From positions 1,237,639 through 1,301,638 of the forward strand of contig CBDBCZ010000015.1 of the NCBI GenBank assembly GCA_965203295.1: a DNA stretch of 64,000 nucleotides, given 5' to 3'. Within the stretch, counting starts at the first letter, position 1. Each line of letters starts with the position of its first letter. Made by a program: the position numbers and the translations under genes. The notes under the pieces are model-generated. The model saw nothing but the letters and a program-made list of their open reading frames with translations. It was not told the DNA's origin and ran no database searches. The stretch is from Nitrospirales bacterium (GTDB lineage Bacteria; Nitrospirota; Nitrospiria; Nitrospirales; UBA8639). Below are positions 26,995 to 39,243 of the stretch, in pieces.

Positions 26995-27620
26995 TAACGG
27001 ATTGAAGAGTACCACCCATCAAATGAGCAGAGTTTCTTTGAAACGTGTTCCTTGTGAGGGATAGCATAGAGCTTCTGACATCAAGAGAACCTCTGTAATC
27101 AGCGGTATTATTCTAAAATGTGTTTTCTGTTGGTGTAAGTTCGCTGTTGAATGTGTTGTTGTTTGCAGAGTTGTTCCATAAGTATATGCGAGGTTATTCT
27201 GAAAATGTTAAGTTTGGGATACTATTTCTAGTATTAAGACTGCCTCCTTCGTTAGCTGTCTCTGTGAGGATGGCAATGCTATTCTGACGTAGATGGCACC
27301 TCCTTCCTTGGCAATGTTGTTCAGAAACGTGTTGTTTGTTACCATAATTCTGCTGCTCTTGTGAGCATATAGAGTACCTCCGTGATAGGCAGAGTGGTTT
27401 TGAAACATGTTTTGTGTTAGGCTAACGTCACTATTTCTCACATAAATTGCACCTCCATTTTTCTTTGCTACCAGTTGGTAAAATGTTGATCTGAAAAATA
27501 CAATTTGAAATTCTTGAATAGCCCACTGACAATAATTCTATTGCCACGTTTGGAATGTGATTGTGTCCATAAAGTAGTAGAATCCTGGACGAAGCCTAAG
27601 ATAACTATTTTGTCCCATTT
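26995..27620 (-). pseudogene. Degenerate Pmp-like (GGAI / FxNN repeat) parallel beta-helix gene fragment
   Basis: Minus-strand reading gives NGGAIYVRNSDVSLTQNMFQNHSAYHGGTL...NNTFLNNIAKEGGAIYV. Further FQNN and FQRNSA...GGTL repeats lie in other frames, with frameshifts and stops. Confidence 0.7.
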
Positions 27621-27733
27621 TATGTAAGCATCAAGTGGACAAAGTTATCGTGGCTTCCAATTTTAATTAATCCACCCAAACCTATAGTGGAATCTCTATA
27701 GTAAGCATTCACCCTCGGACAATGGCTGTAATA

Positions 27734-28293
27734 CCGTATAGCGGGAAATTTTCGCTGAGGAGAAATTTCGCCAAACCCAGATGCGTAGTATTGCCGGAAA
27801 ATTTCGGCAGATTTATATTCGCGCTCATGCAATTGTCTAAAATTAAATTCGATGGCATTATCAATAATTATTCCATTCAACACAGCAGTTTAGCAGTCTC
27901 GAGAAGGTTGAAAAAGTGTCTTGCTGCCGCAGAATCTCCGTTCTCACTAGCGATTTGGACTTCAGTTCATTACTTAGCATCATACGTATAAGGCCCTCTT
28001 TTTGCCTTTGTAGCCTCTTCTTGGTGCCGAGCGTTGGTAGCGGCTACGTTCGCTTCCGCAATTGCCGATGATAGCAACGATGATGGCAGTGCCCCCATTG
28101 AGTCAGGGAGCTAAATAACGCAGCAGAGCCATACCGGTAGTCGATGGTGAGCTTAACTTTCGCAGCTGCATGCTACCGTTGACTATGTGTAAAATATTCA
28201 CCTGTTCAAATTTCACCGGTTAATTTTTCGCACTTGAGCTGACTGGCGAAATTGGCGAAAATTTACGCTGGGTGAAAATTTCCCGCTATACGG
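27734..28293. mobile_element. 560-bp MITE with TA target-site duplication (Tc1/mariner/pogo-type)
   Basis: TA|CCGTATAGCGGGAAATTTTC ... GAAAATTTCCCGCTATACGG|TA: perfect 20-bp terminal inverted repeat. Confidence 0.9.
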
Positions 28294-29643
28294 TATAAGA
28301 GGTGGTTGTATCCACGGTATTACGAGGTCCACTGTGCACTACCAACATGTAGGTTGGGCCACATATGGTGGCCATTATAGGGAGGTGGCTGCCACAGCGT
28401 GACCCTATTACAGACACAGTGAAACATACAATAAAGTACATTTAAGTACGTGCACTCATGTAGTATCAAAACATCTAGATGTACATGTATTAAACAGGCA
28501 GATAAGTGATCGATATATAACACAGTCAGTCTGACTTTGGAACACAAAAAATTAACTCAGTTCTATAAAAAGGCTCTATAGTTCACTGGCCGTGAGAGGG
28601 TAACTGCTCTAAGGTTATTGGAGTTGATTAATTCCCTCTTTCTACTCTCCACCAGACCACAATGACGCCACACAGAGTGAACTGAAGTGGTATATAGCAG
28701 CCAGGCAGGTGAGTCAGGAAGGCCTCCAGCTATAATTACCCACCTGCAAACTCTGATCAAACAAGTCTGACATTTCATGTCTAAAAAAACAGCCGGACGC
28801 CTTTCCCCGTACAATACACACAACTCAGCTTAGGCCAAGCTATTAAAATCCAGCACTTGGACAATTGTCATCAACGGTAGTGAGAATGAATTGGTACAGT
28901 ACAAGTTGCTTTTGGTACATGTAGCACTGCCATTTTCATAACATTGCCGCGATTGAGAATACTGCAAACTCTATGGCATGGAAATTCACGTCTGGGTCAA
29001 TAGTGTGGCAATACATACATGTACGTCACATTTGTCGATCCACATGTACATACATGTACGTCTGTTAGAGATATGTCAATGATTAGCTATTGTTCATGTT
29101 GTAGTTGTAACCATGCTCAAAGATGCTTTAGGCCCTTTCCTGTTTTCTTGTACATAGACTTCTGACTCCTGATTTTCCCTTGTCCTTGCCACCTGTTCTT
29201 GTGCCACCTGTTCTTGTGCCACCTGTTCTTGGAACATTATAGAACTCTCCTTTTTTCTATATATATCTCTTTTTGCCACTGTGTAGTAGTTGTTCCCGAT
29301 TTGGAGACCAATACACTGAAGCAGTCACATGTTTGGGGTCCCGCTACAATCGTCCCAGACTCATCCACCAAACTCATGGCAAGAAGATTGTTGAAATTGC
29401 TCCCCCTGAGGGATGGCTCTGGAAGGGAGCTCCGCCATCTACATGATACGGCACAGCACCAGAACACCATGTTTGAATGGCGAAGGTCCAGCCAAGAAAC
29501 TGCAGTATAGCTGACTGTTGTATTTATGAGATTACGGCCTGTGAGTTGCAGGAGCATGTGCATGCATATACATATACGTATATGTAGTTGCCTTTGGCTG
29601 CTGATTGTGAAAGCTGACCATTCTTACCCTCTCCCCGTTCAAG

Positions 29644-31336
29644 GATGATCTACCTGGGAGAAAATTTCAGTGGCTTTGTTACCGTGCACAACGACAGCCA
29701 GGAGGTGGTGAAGGAAACCATCTTTAAGGTAGGTTGCAGCAGAGCCATGGAGTGAGCATCTGTACAAAATGTCATGTAACAGACAGAACTATGTACGTAT
29801 ATGATCTCTGTCTGGTCTTGCAGTCACCAAGTAATTAAAGCTACATAGTGTCGTGTCGTATTGCCAGTTTTTTTTATGACCATAAAATATCGGTGTGGGA
29901 AGGCTTAGTTGCGACCCTAGCAATATTAGGACAAATTATGCATGTAATGCATAGGCATAGGAGATGGCTGACTCTCTCTGTACTGAAGTTTTGTGTCTGA
30001 AGGCCATACAGATCTGCTCCGTTTATATTCCTTATCAGGACAAGTCACAAATGTCTATCGCTAATTGCTGCTATAGTTACTGCTCACTGCAGCACTTATC
30101 TTGAACTTGGCAGTGTGTATAGTAGTTGCGTCTTCACATTGTACAGGTGGAACTATTGACTCCTTCCAGCTGGACCCAGGGGGAGTTGTTAAGAGCGAAT
30201 CATAGCGCATGAAGTAAAGGAACTGGGAGAGCACAGGTAAGAGATATACGTAGCCTTGATTCGAAGCTATAAGGGATACACATAACTGTCTATGTAGGTA
30301 ATGAGAGAGTGTATATGCATTGAAGGGAATGGGTGGGTGGGAACATCAACATAGAAGTATGTTATGTAGCTTCATATGTGACTTACGTTATTTGGACGTA
30401 GATCTATGTCACATTCACCTGTAAAGGATATCTCCACTGTCCCTCCAGTGTTAGGCACGACCTAAAATGCTTTTTGTTTGTGAAGTCGCATGCAACACGC
30501 CTTTCAAAACCCTCATATAGCGGTTTTTAAAGTACAAATCTCTTGATTTCCTCAACGTTATATATTACTGCAGCCTCATCTGTACTTCCACCTACACTGT
30601 GCACTCCGCAGGAGAAGAACTGTTCCTTCGCAAATTTTTCAAGTTCAATGTAAGCATTTTACTGTAAATAGTAAAGCATTGAGTGTAACTTCGGCATTGA
30701 TTGTAAGCTGTATTCAGTCCATTGCTGACAGTGTGCTAAATTATGGTCTTGTGTCTCTTTCAAATACAGGTTGCTAAACCACTTGATGTAAAGACGAAGT
30801 TTTTTAACATAGAGGTATGTACAGAGGTGTGATAAGAGCATTAGCAAAATGTTCTTCTACGTGTGTAGGGGAATTTATGTCTGTCAGGTAGCTGAAATTC
30901 TATAACCAGCCAGAGCTTGAACAATGGACACAGGGACTGTGCAGAATAGTTACAAAGTACCTGTAGCTGATCACTGATCTGCTTGTTGAGGGTTGTCAGT
31001 AGATCTACATGTACTACTAGACAAGATCAAACACTCTGCTTCATTAACAGACCATCTCAAGAATTGTATAAAGTGCACTAACCCTGTTCCCATAGTAGCT
31101 TGTATCCCCACACTATGTATTTTCTGAGTGCCTGGGAATGAGGCCACGTAATTATGTACGTAGTTGATGGCTTGTGAATAATGAACTGCATAATAAACCA
31201 CGCAGGATGATATTCTTCTTGAAGTTCAGATCCAGAACACCACTACAGGTCCAATGTACTCAGAAGTTGTAAAGTTTGACCCTGCTGCGGGCTTTGAAGC
31301 TGTTAATCTCAACAAGCTTGAAAATAAAGAGGAAGA
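29644..31336 (+). pseudogene. TRAPPC13: TRAPPC13 (trafficking protein particle complex subunit 13) unprocessed pseudogene; exons 29644-29728, 30147-30236, 30574-30649, 30770-30814, 31206-31336
   Basis: AG/GT-bounded exons translate as MIYLGENFSGFVTVHNDSQEVVKETIFK / ...RIIAHEVKELGEHS / LICTSTYTVHSAGEELFLRKFFKFN / [15 protein letters not shown] / DDILLEVQIQNTTTGPMY. These match TRAPPC13 motifs as I recall them ([45 protein letters not shown]). The second exon is frameshifted, and no first or last exons are seen. Confidence 0.9.
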
Positions 31337-31521
31337 GTAAGTCCATTTGAAATGTAAAAAACTGATGCTAACAGAGGTATAAGAATACCAGTATTTGGGT
31401 GTAGGGCTAGGAAGCAGTGTAAAATTTTAATGTTGGAGAGGAGATAAATGTAATGTTTGAGTGTAGAATAATTAGTGTGGCAAGAACCATGCATATGTGT
31501 ACATATGCATGGTTCTTGTGT

Positions 31522-31578
31522 GCTACCATTGATCTAACCCTTCCGAACTATTTAGAAAATAAGCTGGTTATTCAAAAG
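31522..31578 (+). repeat. Orphan fragment of the satellite monomer
   Basis: GCTACCATTGATCTAACCCTTCCGAACTATTTAGAAAATAAGCTGGTTATTCAAAAG matches the L-tail/head junction of the array. Confidence 0.9.
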
Positions 31579-32723
31579 ACTTCGTGCGCGGCGCGTAGCG
31601 CTGAGCGCTGCTGCGAGAACTCGGAACTACATGGAGCTCGCGAAGAGCTAGCTACGCCAGACTGCGCTTATATCTACCTTTCAACCACAGCTGCGATATC
31701 TGAAAAGTGGGAGTGCGCCCATAATTTGCCTATGTCGAATGCCAGAGACAGTGCTGGAAAAATTCTGCCAGGCCTGGTGAGCTATATGTTGTAGCTGCAT
31801 GAGAACTATGACAGTAGGCATTCTGCCCTAGCAAGATTTCTCATCTTGCAACAAAAATCTTGCAAGATGGTAGGCATTAAAATCTTGTGTGAATTCTTGC
31901 AAGGCTCATAGGGAAGTCCTGCAAGATTAGCCTCAAGTATCGAGACTACTGCAAGATCTGGTGTAAGAACCTTGCAAAACGTTTGTCAGATTCCTCACAA
32001 TTGTCTTACATAAGTTTAGTAATTATAGTAATACAAGTCAGAATATACATCGTAATAAAATACATGTAACGTTGCCTTATGATCCTGGCTATCTTGATTC
32101 CAGTTGCTCCGAATAACAATAGATGTAATATATAATAATTCTATTAACTAGCAAGTGCATGTAACTACCAAAACCAGAGATTGCATTATATGCTTGCTCT
32201 AGTTTGGTGCTTACTATGAAAACGTGTGTAGTACTATGAGTCACTTTTGTAGCTTTTGCGGAAAAGGAAACACTTTGTTTAATTACTAACGTGCAATTAC
32301 CTTGGATTGACTCTACTCTATGTAATAGGAAGCATTCTACAGTTTGTATTTCCCACATGAGCTGGTGTTTGGGTGATTTCTGCATTATATAGTTGCTCTG
32401 GCTTGGTGCTTTGTATGTGGACTTGTGTAGTGCTATGGGTCACTTTTGTAGTTTTTGCATTCCCATATTGCCCAGCAACCCTCATGTACCCTAGGGTATA
32501 TGGATGTGTATACCCTGGCTTGAAAGGCACTGCCAAAGTAGATGGGGTTTGTACACTGTGGTGGTGCCTTCCAAGTGACTAGAACTATGCAAATGTAGGT
32601 CTGTTGCTTTGCAGCTTGTGTGTATCCCAATGTAGCCCAACAAAAGCTTAGAGTAACACTGGAACTCTTGAAAGACCACCTCTATGGGTGACTTGTTGGT
32701 TTATAATTACTAAACAACATACT

Positions 32724-33007
32724 GATGTATTAAAATGCACACATACATCGTGTGGAAGTTATTAAATTGTGCGTTTGACCAGTCGTCTGTTTGATTCAAA
32801 AACTGCGAACTAGACATTTCTCTATACCCTTGTCACTTTCTTTGTACGTATATGCTCTTGTTTGTCCAGCTCTTAGCATTTACGTAACAGTAATCATGTG
32901 GCAACTGACTTGTTTAGCTCAGTTTCTCTTTGTAAATGTATGTACATACCCTCTTATGACCATACATATTCACTAGCACATCACTGAACCCTAAGTTTGA
33001 ATGCTCA
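32724..33007 (+). repeat. ~285-bp dispersed direct repeat; second copy at 35335-35618
   Basis: ATTAAAATGCACACATA...GTGGAAGTTATTAAATTGT...GACCAGTCGTCTGTTTGATTCAAAAACTGCGAACTAGAC is present at both sites. Confidence 0.85.
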
Positions 33008-33016
33008 AAAGGTGTT

Positions 33017-33250
33017 CTTGAAGGTAATAAAACGGGAGGTAATGATGGACTAGTTGGGGAGTTTTTTAAGTACGGGGAGAAAAGAATGGCTAATCTGTTG
33101 ATAGTCTTATATGAGGTAGTTTGGATAAGGGAGAGTGTTTCCAAACATCAGAGACAAGGGTTGATTATTAGCTTTTATAGAAAGGTGATGCTGAGGACCC
33201 AGGTAATTACAGAGGCATTACACTATTGAATGTGGTCGGAAAGCTATTTT
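33017..33250 (+). mobile_element. LINE (non-LTR retrotransposon) ORF2 fragment, N-terminal part of the reverse transcriptase
   Basis: Translates as GNKTGGNDGLVGEFFKYG...VWIRESVSKHQRQGLII, then after a frameshift KGDAEDPGNYRGITLLNVVGKLF. This is the classic KGD...NYRxI motif of LINE RTs. Confidence 0.88.
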
Positions 33251-33847
33251 GACCCAAGAGATATTAGGACAAGTTATGCATGTAATGCATAGGCATAGGA
33301 GATGGCTGACTCAGCCAAGCAGATCAGCTCCGTTTATATTCCTTATCAGGAAAGTCACAAATGTCTATCACTAATTGCTGCTATTGTTACTGCTAACTGC
33401 AGCACTTATCTTGAACTTGGCAGTGTGTACAGTAGCTGTGTCTTCACATTGTACAGGTGGAACTATTGACTCCTTCCCAGCATATTTGACTAGGCAGTGT
33501 GTACAGTAGCTGTGTTTCACATTGTACAGGTGGAACTATTGACTCCTTCCCAGCATATTTGACGATACCCCCAATATCCCAGCTTGACCCAGGGAGTTGT
33601 GCATTGGTGTGGAATGGGTGGGTGAGAACATCAACGTAATAGTACGTAGTTGATGGCTTGTGAATGATGAACTGCATAATAAACCACGCAGGATGATATT
33701 CTTCTTGAAGTTCAGATCCAGAACACCACTACAGGTCCAATGTACTCAGAAGTTGTAAAGTTTGACCCTGCTGCGGGCTTTGAAGCTGTTAATCTCAACA
33801 AGCTTGCAAATAAAGAGGAAGAATAAGTCCATTTGAAATGTAAAAAT
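33251..33847 (+). pseudogene. TRAPPC13: Second, internally deleted TRAPPC13 fragment
   Basis: Matches 29913-30190 and 31155-31358. The acceptor plus exon start is tandemly duplicated (about 33419-33563). The exon DDILLEVQIQN... (about 33692-33822) has its donor mutated GT>AT. Confidence 0.85.
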
Positions 33848-35750
33848 AAAGCACACCAGTTTGTTCGTAGGTGCAATAGTATACAATGTACGTAGTTGGC
33901 TAAACACTTTCACAGAATCAGGTATTGGATTCCTGGTAGCTAGTGTCGACCAGCAGCTGAGAACAATGCTGGATCATAACTCACAGTTAGCTGAAACTTG
34001 GAATTAACAGGTGTCACTTTATTGAACCAATAAGTGGGTAACTGGGTCTGAAGGAAGCTCTATCAAACAGCTGCTGATCCTTGGTAATGACAATACCAAT
34101 ATCTGTCAACAGCATGAGTGCATTTAATAGTTTATATATATATAAATGCACTCTTGGAAAACAGTCATGTTGATGTGCAATCACAGAGGTAGTTGGACAT
34201 GTAGTGCAATGATGATCTTGTCATTATCAATAACCACTGGGGAACCTTAGCCTACCCTAGCAACTGGGCTGGAGAAAATTAGTGTGTCTGGCTTCAGTGT
34301 CTGGCAGTTGGGTGTTGCTAACTTTTGGGTTGACTTAGGAAATCATGTTTATCAATAGTTTTTCTATTGTAATTGAAGGATTAGGAGACCAGAGAAAAGC
34401 TAAACTACAGTAGAGCCTTTGTTCACTTTTAATTCATGGAGGCTTTCCTGGTGTGAGTCAAATTAAGCTGCTGGTCAGCTCTAGGTGCTACACACACCAT
34501 CATCGCACTGACAAAGCCCAAATAGCTGTCAGTGTTTCAGTTCTTTGTACTTTACTTATGATAGTATGTTTGTATACTTACAGAGCATTGGCCCTATTAC
34601 ATACGTGGACATACTTTCAAATCAGAAGAAATGCATTAGTAGGATTGGACAGGTATTTGTAGAACACTTACCAAATGGTACTTTGACACAAGGCTTTTTG
34701 CATCTTACCTCCTAGTTATATTTGTTTGTTCACACAGTTGTGTAAACAAGTGTACATTTGTTGTGGAAGTAGATTGAGTGTCACCTGTGCATGGGCTGTG
34801 GGGCATGGGTGGGGTGGGGTGACAACTTGCTCTGGCCTACACTTGTACTTTTCTTGTCTCTGTTGAGGGCACGTGGTAACTTCAGTGGTAGTCACAGAAT
34901 CAAACCCATTACTTTCAGTATCAGCATGGCATGTGGAAGAGTGTCAGCATCAGGCTATCAGCACATGTCTCTTCCACATGCCAATACTGTAAGTGATGGA
35001 TGCTGTAGAATGTAAGTGGGCTGGCTTGTGAAACTGCTTTAGTGAACCAGACGCTATGAATATTCTACAGTTGTATGTTTTCAATTGCAAGGCCTTTCAT
35101 ATAAGAAACTCTCCTTTGCCCATTACAATCTGTTACACAATAAAGTTTTGAGCTTTGCAAACCTCTACCACACAGGTCAGTGCTATTTCAAATTTCTGTA
35201 CTGACATAAATGCAATCTGTTGCAGTCAGGAAGCTAACTGGCATGTGAGTGGCATGATTGTGTAGCTACTGTTTCAATTAATTCAGGGTTAAGATGCCCC
35301 TCCAGTTTCCATGAACTTGGCATGATATAATTATTGATCTATTAAAATGCACACATAGATCTATAGTGTGGAAGTTATTAAATTGTACGTTTGACCAGTC
35401 GTCTGTTTGATTCAAAAACTGCGAACTAGACATTTCACTATACCCTTGTCACTTTCTTTGTACGGTATGTGCTCTTGTTTGTTCCGCTCTTAGCATGTAG
35501 CTGTATTCATGTGGCAGCTGACTTGTTTAGCTCAGTTTCTCTTTGTAATTATGTAGATGCCCTCCTATGACCATACATATTCACTAGCACATCACAGAAC
35601 CTTAAGTTTGCATGCTCAGGGTAAGGCCCACCTACTCCCAACCATAAAATAAACCATAAGCCACATTTCTGGCCTTGGATGGAGAAAAATCAGATATAGG
35701 CCAGGGGTGGAACAGGGTTGTACGTAGTATGTCACCTATTCTATTTTCCA

Positions 35751-35965
35751 TTTTTACCCCGTGCATATGCGGCAAGGTTAAGCAATTGGTTCTGTCTGTC
35801 TGTCTGTCTGTCGTCTGTCTGTACAATGAAATAAATTGCAATGTAGAGATTTACAGGGTTTAACAATCGCTAAATCCGACCTTTAAATTTGGATACCTGA
35901 TAGTTATACCAAAAGCGGTTTCTACTCTCCACTCTTTCTTATTTAACAGGGTAAGGCCCACCATT
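35751..35965 (+). mobile_element. Short HINE/DINE-like (Helentron-associated) element
   Basis: TTTTTACCCCGTGCATATGCGGCAAGGTTAAGCAATTGGTTCTG followed by a (TCTG)n tract. Same layout as the element starting at 46224. Confidence 0.5.
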
Positions 35966-37372
35966 TTTAATAGAGTCAAACAGGAGGGTAGCTGGAAGTG
36001 AGGGCAATTTAGTAGTCCATTTTGTCAGTTTGGATCAGCAATTACAATTTTTGGAGGCCAGTGATGGATGGGCTTATAATATTACAGCATACCTGTGAAG
36101 CTGTGACACTAATGTATATCCTCATTCAGGGTCTCCACTGCTGACTTTCATTGGGAAAAACATCTGGGAACGAGCCTGGAGAATTTACTCACATTACAAA
36201 ACATGCAGTAAGAACATTTACCCTCAATTTACAGAGGAAATACATTCGGACACATCCTGATTGCATTGTCCTAAGAACTTCCGCAGCGGATACAAGGGTG
36301 GAGCTTACCACTGAGGATATATACACACCCGTCAACGTTTCCAGAGATACCAATTGATCTGCCAGATGAGCCTGAAGACCTATGAATCTGACTGATCATC
36401 CCAGTGGAACTCCCCCTCCTGTTATTCCTGAAAATTATGAATTTCCTGATTTATAAATTTATATAGTTTGTTATGCTCACCTCGTGCATTATTAATCAGT
36501 ATTCACCGATTATTATATCCTAAACGCATACAAACATGGTATAGCCTATTAAGCGCGAGGGGCTGGCTACGCGAGGCTATAGGTTCATGCTTTCAGTTAG
36601 AGTAGCTTGCAGGCTGATTCCAGCTTAAATTCAATTCGAGGCTGTATGTGAACAAAATAGTTTGTTCTCATGATATTATTTTTAAAATAGCTTGGCTATG
36701 TATAACAACTTCGTCAGGACTCGATTGAGGCTCTGGATAGGAATATGTCAGATCCGCTGCGCACTGACGTCGCACGCGCACGGTAATCGTTTGTATTTTC
36801 GCGAACACGTGATAAGTAGCCGTACACACGGCGCCGTTCGCTACACGGAAAAGTTCTGGGGAATGTTTGAGCAGGAGCTGCCAGGGGAAGGTTACTGCCG
36901 GTCCGCTCTGGGAATGACCCAGGTAGGAAGTGGTTTCGAGGGTCTCGCATGGCAGACGCAGCAGCTTGTTTCCCCGGCCGTACGAGCAAATAACTAAAAA
37001 CGGAGAGCCGTTTTTTTTGTTGTTGTTTTTGTTCGCTCTTGCGGGAAAAGTCTGACTGGGATAATTTCTGGGAGCAACGCTAAGGTCACAGAGGTTTGCT
37101 AAAAGCTTTGCAACAGACTGTAGAGTAGAAACCCACAAAGCCTGCCCTACTTGCTAATGCGTCTTTCATCTAGAGTGTAATATTTAATAGGCACTATTAG
37201 TTTAGCTACGTTTCAATATTTTGTTTGCTAGTCATAATTGTTGCAAGTTTTTTTATAAAACTCTGTACCTACAGGAAGTGTCATTAATTGCTTTACATGA
37301 TGGCAACCTCAGTAATTTTCAGTCTTGTTTGAGGTGGAGAAATAACTACTAAGCTTCCCCTCCTTGTTTCAG

Positions 37373-37454
37373 CCTCGGGATGTGAAGCCCAACAGCACCC
37401 TGGCGGGAGTGTTAGCTGAGTTCGTGATTGACTACCTGGACTGGAAGTTCTGTG
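37373..37454 (+). pseudogene. Heavily deleted MAPK-like exon relic
   Basis: CAG|CCT CGG GAT GTG AAG CCC AAC reads PRDVKPN (like the catalytic loop RDLKPSN), then ...AEFVIDY. It is followed by the same intron start (GTGTCTTGGTAGAGGGGGTCACCAGGGTG) as the p38 relics. Confidence 0.5.
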
Positions 37455-38623
37455 GTTAGTGTCTTGGTAGAGGGGGTCACCAGGGTGGTCCTTTATTCTC
37501 ATTAGTCACATGGCCAGTTCAAGCATGCTAGTTTTGAGTAGTGTAACAGTAATTGTTGGGGGGGGAGTTGGCAGTATTCCTCAGGCTACATGTAATTGTG
37601 CACGCTAGCAGGAATACACTGTCTAGGCAGTTTTTGGACAGCCCATGAGCTTGCTAGTAACCAGCAGACAATTGCTAGGTAATCAGCAGCCCTTTTCTCC
37701 TTCTGTTTCTTTAGAGACTCCACAGCTAAACCAGCAAGTGTTTTCCTAGCCTCATTTGCCATGGCCCTTGTTGTGCAGCTATAGTGATGATGTAATTATC
37801 AATTTGTGAATTGACTAGTTTCCTATGAGTAGCTGCTAGTCTGCTAGACCCACAAGTGTTTTGTCGGTGACTGTGTTTACGGAGCAAGCTGCAGCAGTTG
37901 GCTGGTGCAGGGAGAAGATGCTGCATGCAATTTTTGCAGAACTAAAAGGCTCAACTTAGTCCCTCAAATTAGTTGTGGGGATGGTAATCTGTAAAGTGTT
38001 GTTCTTGCCTTTTGAGGTTGCATCCCTGCATGTTCTTTCCAATGCTATTCCTTTGACTGGTTCATTTTTGAGTGGTTCATTGGGTGAGAGAAGAGATGAA
38101 TGGTGGTGTAGATAGTGGCACTCAGCAGAGATGAAGTGGCCGGTAAGAGAGATATAGGCATCGTTTGCTCAGCTAGTCCAAATGTCGCTCGTGATAGCCA
38201 GACTCAAAATATCTTCTCTGAGCTTTTCCTTGAGAGCTACTTCAAAATGCTCTGAATTGTAGCTAGAGGTATATCCTGCATGGCTAGCTATGGAACCTTG
38301 CCCTCAGTTCCAGTGACACGGGTGAGGTACAGCACCGGCCATTCGTGTTAACCGCCAACCTTGGTTTACGAGCATAAACCCAATTAATTAAGCGTTGAGC
38401 CATTTCCTTTTGTTGTTGTTCACTCATGCGGTAAAGGCCTGGCTGGGATTCAGGAACAAAAGCTCACCAAACACCCAGTTATGCGTCTCACGATATTGCA
38501 GGTGTTCTCCAGGGGTGTGTAGATCCACTATGCAACCTCAATTCTAATCTTGCATGGCCAAGGTGCTTTTCTTGTTGAGTTGGGAAGTATTACATTACCA
38601 CACTACCTTGTTTCCAATCTCAG

Positions 38624-38752
38624 GCTCTGGAGTGAGTGAAATCAAAGTCCTCAACTTTGGCCTGGCTCGAGCGTCAGCCGAGTTCATGACTGGCTACGTC
38701 ACAACACGCAACTGGAGGGCTCCTGAGATCATGCCGAACTGGACGTGCTATG
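38624..38752 (+). pseudogene. MAPK14: Orphan p38-type MAP kinase exon (activation segment), DFG changed to NFG
   Basis: EIKVLNFGLARASAEFMTGYVTTRNWRAPEIMPNWTCY then GTGAG donor. It aligns with p38 ELKILDFGLAR...[23 protein letters not shown]. No other intact kinase exons are nearby. Confidence 0.8.
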
Positions 38753-39114
38753 GTGAGTGTCTTGGTAGAGGGGGTCACCAGGGTGAGCCTTTGGTAACCA
38801 AGATCTAAGTAGTCACGTTATAAGCGTGGAAGTTGTGAGTAGTGTAGCAGTGAGCTGACAGGCAAATTGACAGCATTTGATCCTAAGGCTGATGTACAGT
38901 GCTCAGAATCTAAAGAGTAAATTAATTCTGTAGGCAGCCTAGCTACTTGAAAAATAAGGCTGTGGACCAACTTCCAAGTCCACCATTGACTGATGTACTT
39001 AGTGGCCATGTTTACTAGACATTTGGAGCCTGTATTGGTATGGGCCAATGTAATGGTGTATCATAGTACTGGTCTTGTAGCCCGGGGACTGGACTCTCCC
39101 TTCTTCCTTCTGTA

Positions 39115-39180
39115 AGCCTCATTCACTGTCTCCACTGCCAACACGCAAAAAGGTTAGCAGTGGAGACAGTGAATGAGGCT
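39115..39180. repeat. Short hairpin element with a perfect 24-bp stem; copy at 54791-54856
   Basis: AGCCTCATTCACTGTCTCCACTGC ... GCAGTGGAGACAGTGAATGAGGCT. Confidence 0.85.
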
Positions 39181-39243
39181 ACCACTGTTATACACAGACC
39201 ATTCTGGCTAAAGAAAAGGCAATGGATGAGTAAAATGTATTAA

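Noticed and set aside
29094..29563. ORFs with QEQVA repeats and overlapping 103-108 aa ORFs
   Set aside because: Explained partly by a 15-bp triplication (GCCACCTGTTCTTGT). No recognisable domain.
29644..31336. Functional TRAPPC13 gene
   Set aside because: The second exon has a frameshifting deletion, and no N- or C-terminal exons were found in the window.
36151..36455. Possible terminal exon of a receptor tail (EDIYTPV, PPPVIPENYEFPDL)
   Set aside because: The motifs lie in different frames with stops between them and no supporting exons. Too weak to call.
36668..37138. 156-aa ORF in a CpG-rich segment
   Set aside because: The paralog at about 52940-53410 has frame-breaking indels, so it is likely a non-coding repeat.
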